This document shows positions 61,932 to 64,000 of a DNA stretch of 64,000 bases, piece by piece. The stretch lies in assembly GCA_024679955.1 (NCBI GenBank), contig JAILCQ010000009.1, positions 76,814-140,813 of the forward strand, in the 5' to 3' direction. The DNA comes from Bacillota bacterium. GTDB lineage: Bacteria > Bacillota > Dehalobacteriia > UBA4068. The first letter of the stretch is position 1. Every line of letters begins with the position of its first letter. The notes beneath the pieces were generated by a model. It saw only the letters and a program-made list of their open reading frames with translations, ran no database searches and was not told where the DNA came from. A program made the translations under genes and the position numbers.

Positions 61932-63512
61932 ATGAATCTGATTCGACCCCTAACCGAAGATTACAGCGATTATCTCCGTGACGAATCCCGTACCCTGGGC
62001 TACGCGGATACCATTTCCTTTGTCAAAACGGAGGAAGACATTGTGGAAGTTGTGAAATACTGTTATGAAAACGGTATTCTCATCAATATCCAAGGCGCCC
62101 GCACCGGTTTGGCCGGCGGAGCCAGTCCCTTGGGCGGGCATGTGTTGAATGTAAGCAGGATGACAAAAATCACCGGTATGCGGTATGATCCCAAGGCGGA
62201 TTGTTATTATCTCACGGTCCAGCCGGGCGTGCTCCTTTCCCAGGTTCGTAAGGCTCTGGAAAATAAAGCTTTCGATATCGCCGGTTGGTCTCAGGAGTCC
62301 ATCGACGTCCTGAGCAAAATCAAACCCGGCGAATTGTTCTTCTCCCCCGATCCTACCGAAACCACGGCCAGCATCGGCGGTATGGCCGCCTGCAACGCTT
62401 CCGGCGCCCGTTCTTTCCTCTACGGTTCCACCCGGGTACATATCCATGCTTTGCGGGTGGTCCTGGCCGACGGCTCCGTCACCGTGCTGGAACGGGGCGT
62501 GCACAAAGCCCATGGCCGGGATTTTGTTTTGCCTTTGGAAGGCGGCGGCGAATTTGTCGGACGTTTGCCGGATTTTGACACGCCCCATACCAAAGACGCC
62601 GGTTTTTATTTCCGCGACGATATGGATCTGGTGGATCTGTTCATGGGTTCTCAGGGCACCCTGGGTATCATCAGCGAACTGGAAATCTCTTTGATGCCCG
62701 CCCCCAAGATCATGTGGGGCGCCACCACCTTTTTGCCCAGCGACGAAGCCGGTCTGAAATTCATCCGTGCGGTGAGAGGCGAAGAGATCCCCGGTGTGCC
62801 GGTGTTCAAGCACAAACCCGCTTCCCTGGAGTTTTTCAATAAAAACGCCTTGGAAATGATCCTGAAACAAAAAGAGATCACCACCGCCTTCAGCCAGCTG
62901 CTGGAGATCCCGGAAAACTTCAACTGCGCTGTTTATACCGAATTCAACGATGCCGATCCGGAATCTTTCCTGCCGATTTTGAAAGAATTGGCCCAGGTGG
63001 TCGTGGCCTGCGACGGTGATTTGGATCGCACCTGGGTGGCCAAGGACGCCCGGGAATTGGAAAAACTGATCTTCTTCCGCCATACGGTTCCCGAAACCGT
63101 CGATATGCTGGTGGACGAAAACAAAAAGAACGAACCCTGCATCACCCTGCTTTCCACCGATATGTCCGTGGAAGACAAAGATTTTGAAAAACTGTACCAT
63201 CTGTATAAAAGCACCTTGGAAAAAACCAATTTGCATTGGGTCATCTTCGGCCATTCCGGCGAGAATCATTTCCATCCCAATATCATGGCCCGCAACAAAG
63301 AGGAATTTGAACAGGGACATGCCATTTTCAAAGAATGGGCCAAGGAAGTCAGCAAAATGGGCGGCACCATCACGGCGGAACACGGCGCCGGTAAAATCAA
63401 ACGGGAATTGGCGCTGATCATGTACGGAGAAGAGAATATGGCCAAGATCAAGGCCTTCAAGCAGACTTTGGATCCGAAAAACCTGCTCTCTCCCGGCAAC
63501 ATTATTAGTTAA
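61932..63512 (+). CDS. FAD-binding oxidoreductase (GlcD/LctD-like 2-hydroxyacid dehydrogenase)
   Basis: FAD_binding_4 N-terminal domain (GARTGLAGGA) plus a FAD-oxidase C-terminal domain. It is followed by etfB. Confidence 0.8.
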   Translation: MNLIRPLTEDYSDYLRDESRTLGYADTISFVKTEEDIVEVVKYCYENGILINIQGARTGLAGGASPLGGHVLNVSRMTKITGMRYDPKADCYYLTVQPGVLLSQVRKALENKAFDIAGWSQESIDVLSKIKPGELFFSPDPTETTASIGGMAACNASGARSFLYGSTRVHIHALRVVLADGSVTVLERGVHKAHGRDFVLPLEGGGEFVGRLPDFDTPHTKDAGFYFRDDMDLVDLFMGSQGTLGIISELEISLMPAPKIMWGATTFLPSDEAGLKFIRAVRGEEIPGVPVFKHKPASLEFFNKNALEMILKQKEITTAFSQLLEIPENFNCAVYTEFNDADPESFLPILKELAQVVVACDGDLDRTWVAKDARELEKLIFFRHTVPETVDMLVDENKKNEPCITLLSTDMSVEDKDFEKLYHLYKSTLEKTNLHWVIFGHSGENHFHPNIMARNKEEFEQGHAIFKEWAKEVSKMGGTITAEHGAGKIKRELALIMYGEENMAKIKAFKQTLDPKNLLSPGNIIS

Positions 63513-63533
63513 GATAAGGCGGTGATCAATCAT

Positions 63534-64000
63534 ATGAAAATAATCGTTTGCATCAAGCAGGTTCCCGCCACCAATGAAGTGCGCCTGGATCCTGTTACCA
63601 ATACCATCATTCGCGAAGGCATCGAATCCATTACCAATCCTTTCGATACCTACGCCATCGAAGAAGCGATTCGCCTGAAGAAAAAACTGGGCTGGCAGAC
63701 CGCTGCGCTGAGCATGGGTATTCCCGCGGTGAAGGAGATTTTGCGGGACGCCATGGCTTTGGGCATCGATGAAGCCTATTTGCTGAGCGACCGGGGCTTC
63801 GCCGGCGCGGATACTTTGGCCACCGCTTATGCTTTGGCCGGCGGCGTGCAAAAAGTGGGCGGCGCGCAGTTGATCATCTGCGGCAAAATGGCCACCGACG
63901 GCGATACCGCGCAAGTCGGCCCCATGCTCGCTGAAATGCTGGGCGTCCCCCATATTACCGACGTGGCGGAAATCATCAGCATCGACGAAAAGGAAATGGT
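63534..64000 (+). CDS. etfB: electron transfer flavoprotein beta subunit, 3' partial
   Basis: MKIIVCIKQVPATNEVRLDP canonical EtfB N-terminus. Runs off the window end. Confidence 0.9.
   Translation, partial: MKIIVCIKQVPATNEVRLDPVTNTIIREGIESITNPFDTYAIEEAIRLKKKLGWQTAALSMGIPAVKEILRDAMALGIDEAYLLSDRGFAGADTLATAYALAGGVQKVGGAQLIICGKMATDGDTAQVGPMLAEMLGVPHITDVAEIISIDEKEM

Noticed and set aside
61950-63953. 667-aa minus-strand ORF across the FAD oxidase
   Set aside because: It is an antisense open frame with no domain resemblance, whereas the sense strand encodes a clear FAD-binding oxidoreductase.

Overview
This is a 64 kb chromosomal window, about 57% GC, from a spore-forming anaerobic Firmicute. It contains sporulation-type dacF, a pdaB-like gene and ylmH, plus atpIBEFHAGDC with Bacillus-like rpiB/wecB synteny. 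Gene density is high, about 60 CDS, and I see no rRNA, tRNA, CRISPR or obvious mobile elements. Most of the content is housekeeping: the F1Fo ATP synthase operon, mrpABCDEFG, obg-nadD-yqeK/rsfS, phosphoketolase, cobT, hisC, nspC, and an LctD-like FAD oxidase with EtfB. Four regions look accessory or unusual. (1) A corrinoid methyltransferase island (43.6-49.0 kb) carries a GntR regulator, a BCCT transporter, an MtmC-like corrinoid protein, an MtmB-family methyltransferase with Cys aligned to the pyrrolysine position and no in-frame UAG, and a MetH-activation-domain protein. (2) A nine-gene minus-strand operon (7.6-17.1 kb) encodes a BcrAD/HgdC-type activase, a ribose-type ABC importer, a PfkB kinase, a solo HgdB/DCCP-like Fe-S protein, two ADP-ribosylglycohydrolase paralogs and a UroD/MtaA-like protein; substrate unknown. 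(3) A 1107-aa acidic coiled-coil protein with about 15 tandem (EEAPAA) hexapeptide repeats is inserted next to the conserved ACT/UPF0210 pair. (4) A hexSDF-like glycosyltransferase-deacetylase-flippase aminoglycolipid operon sits at 1-4 kb. Smaller observations: an in-frame yqeK-rsfS fusion with an internal RBS; two consensus DnaA boxes in an AT-rich island between convergent genes; a candidate cobalamin riboswitch upstream of hisC; an IscU-like/GGGtGRT pair; and several strong hairpins and palindromes.
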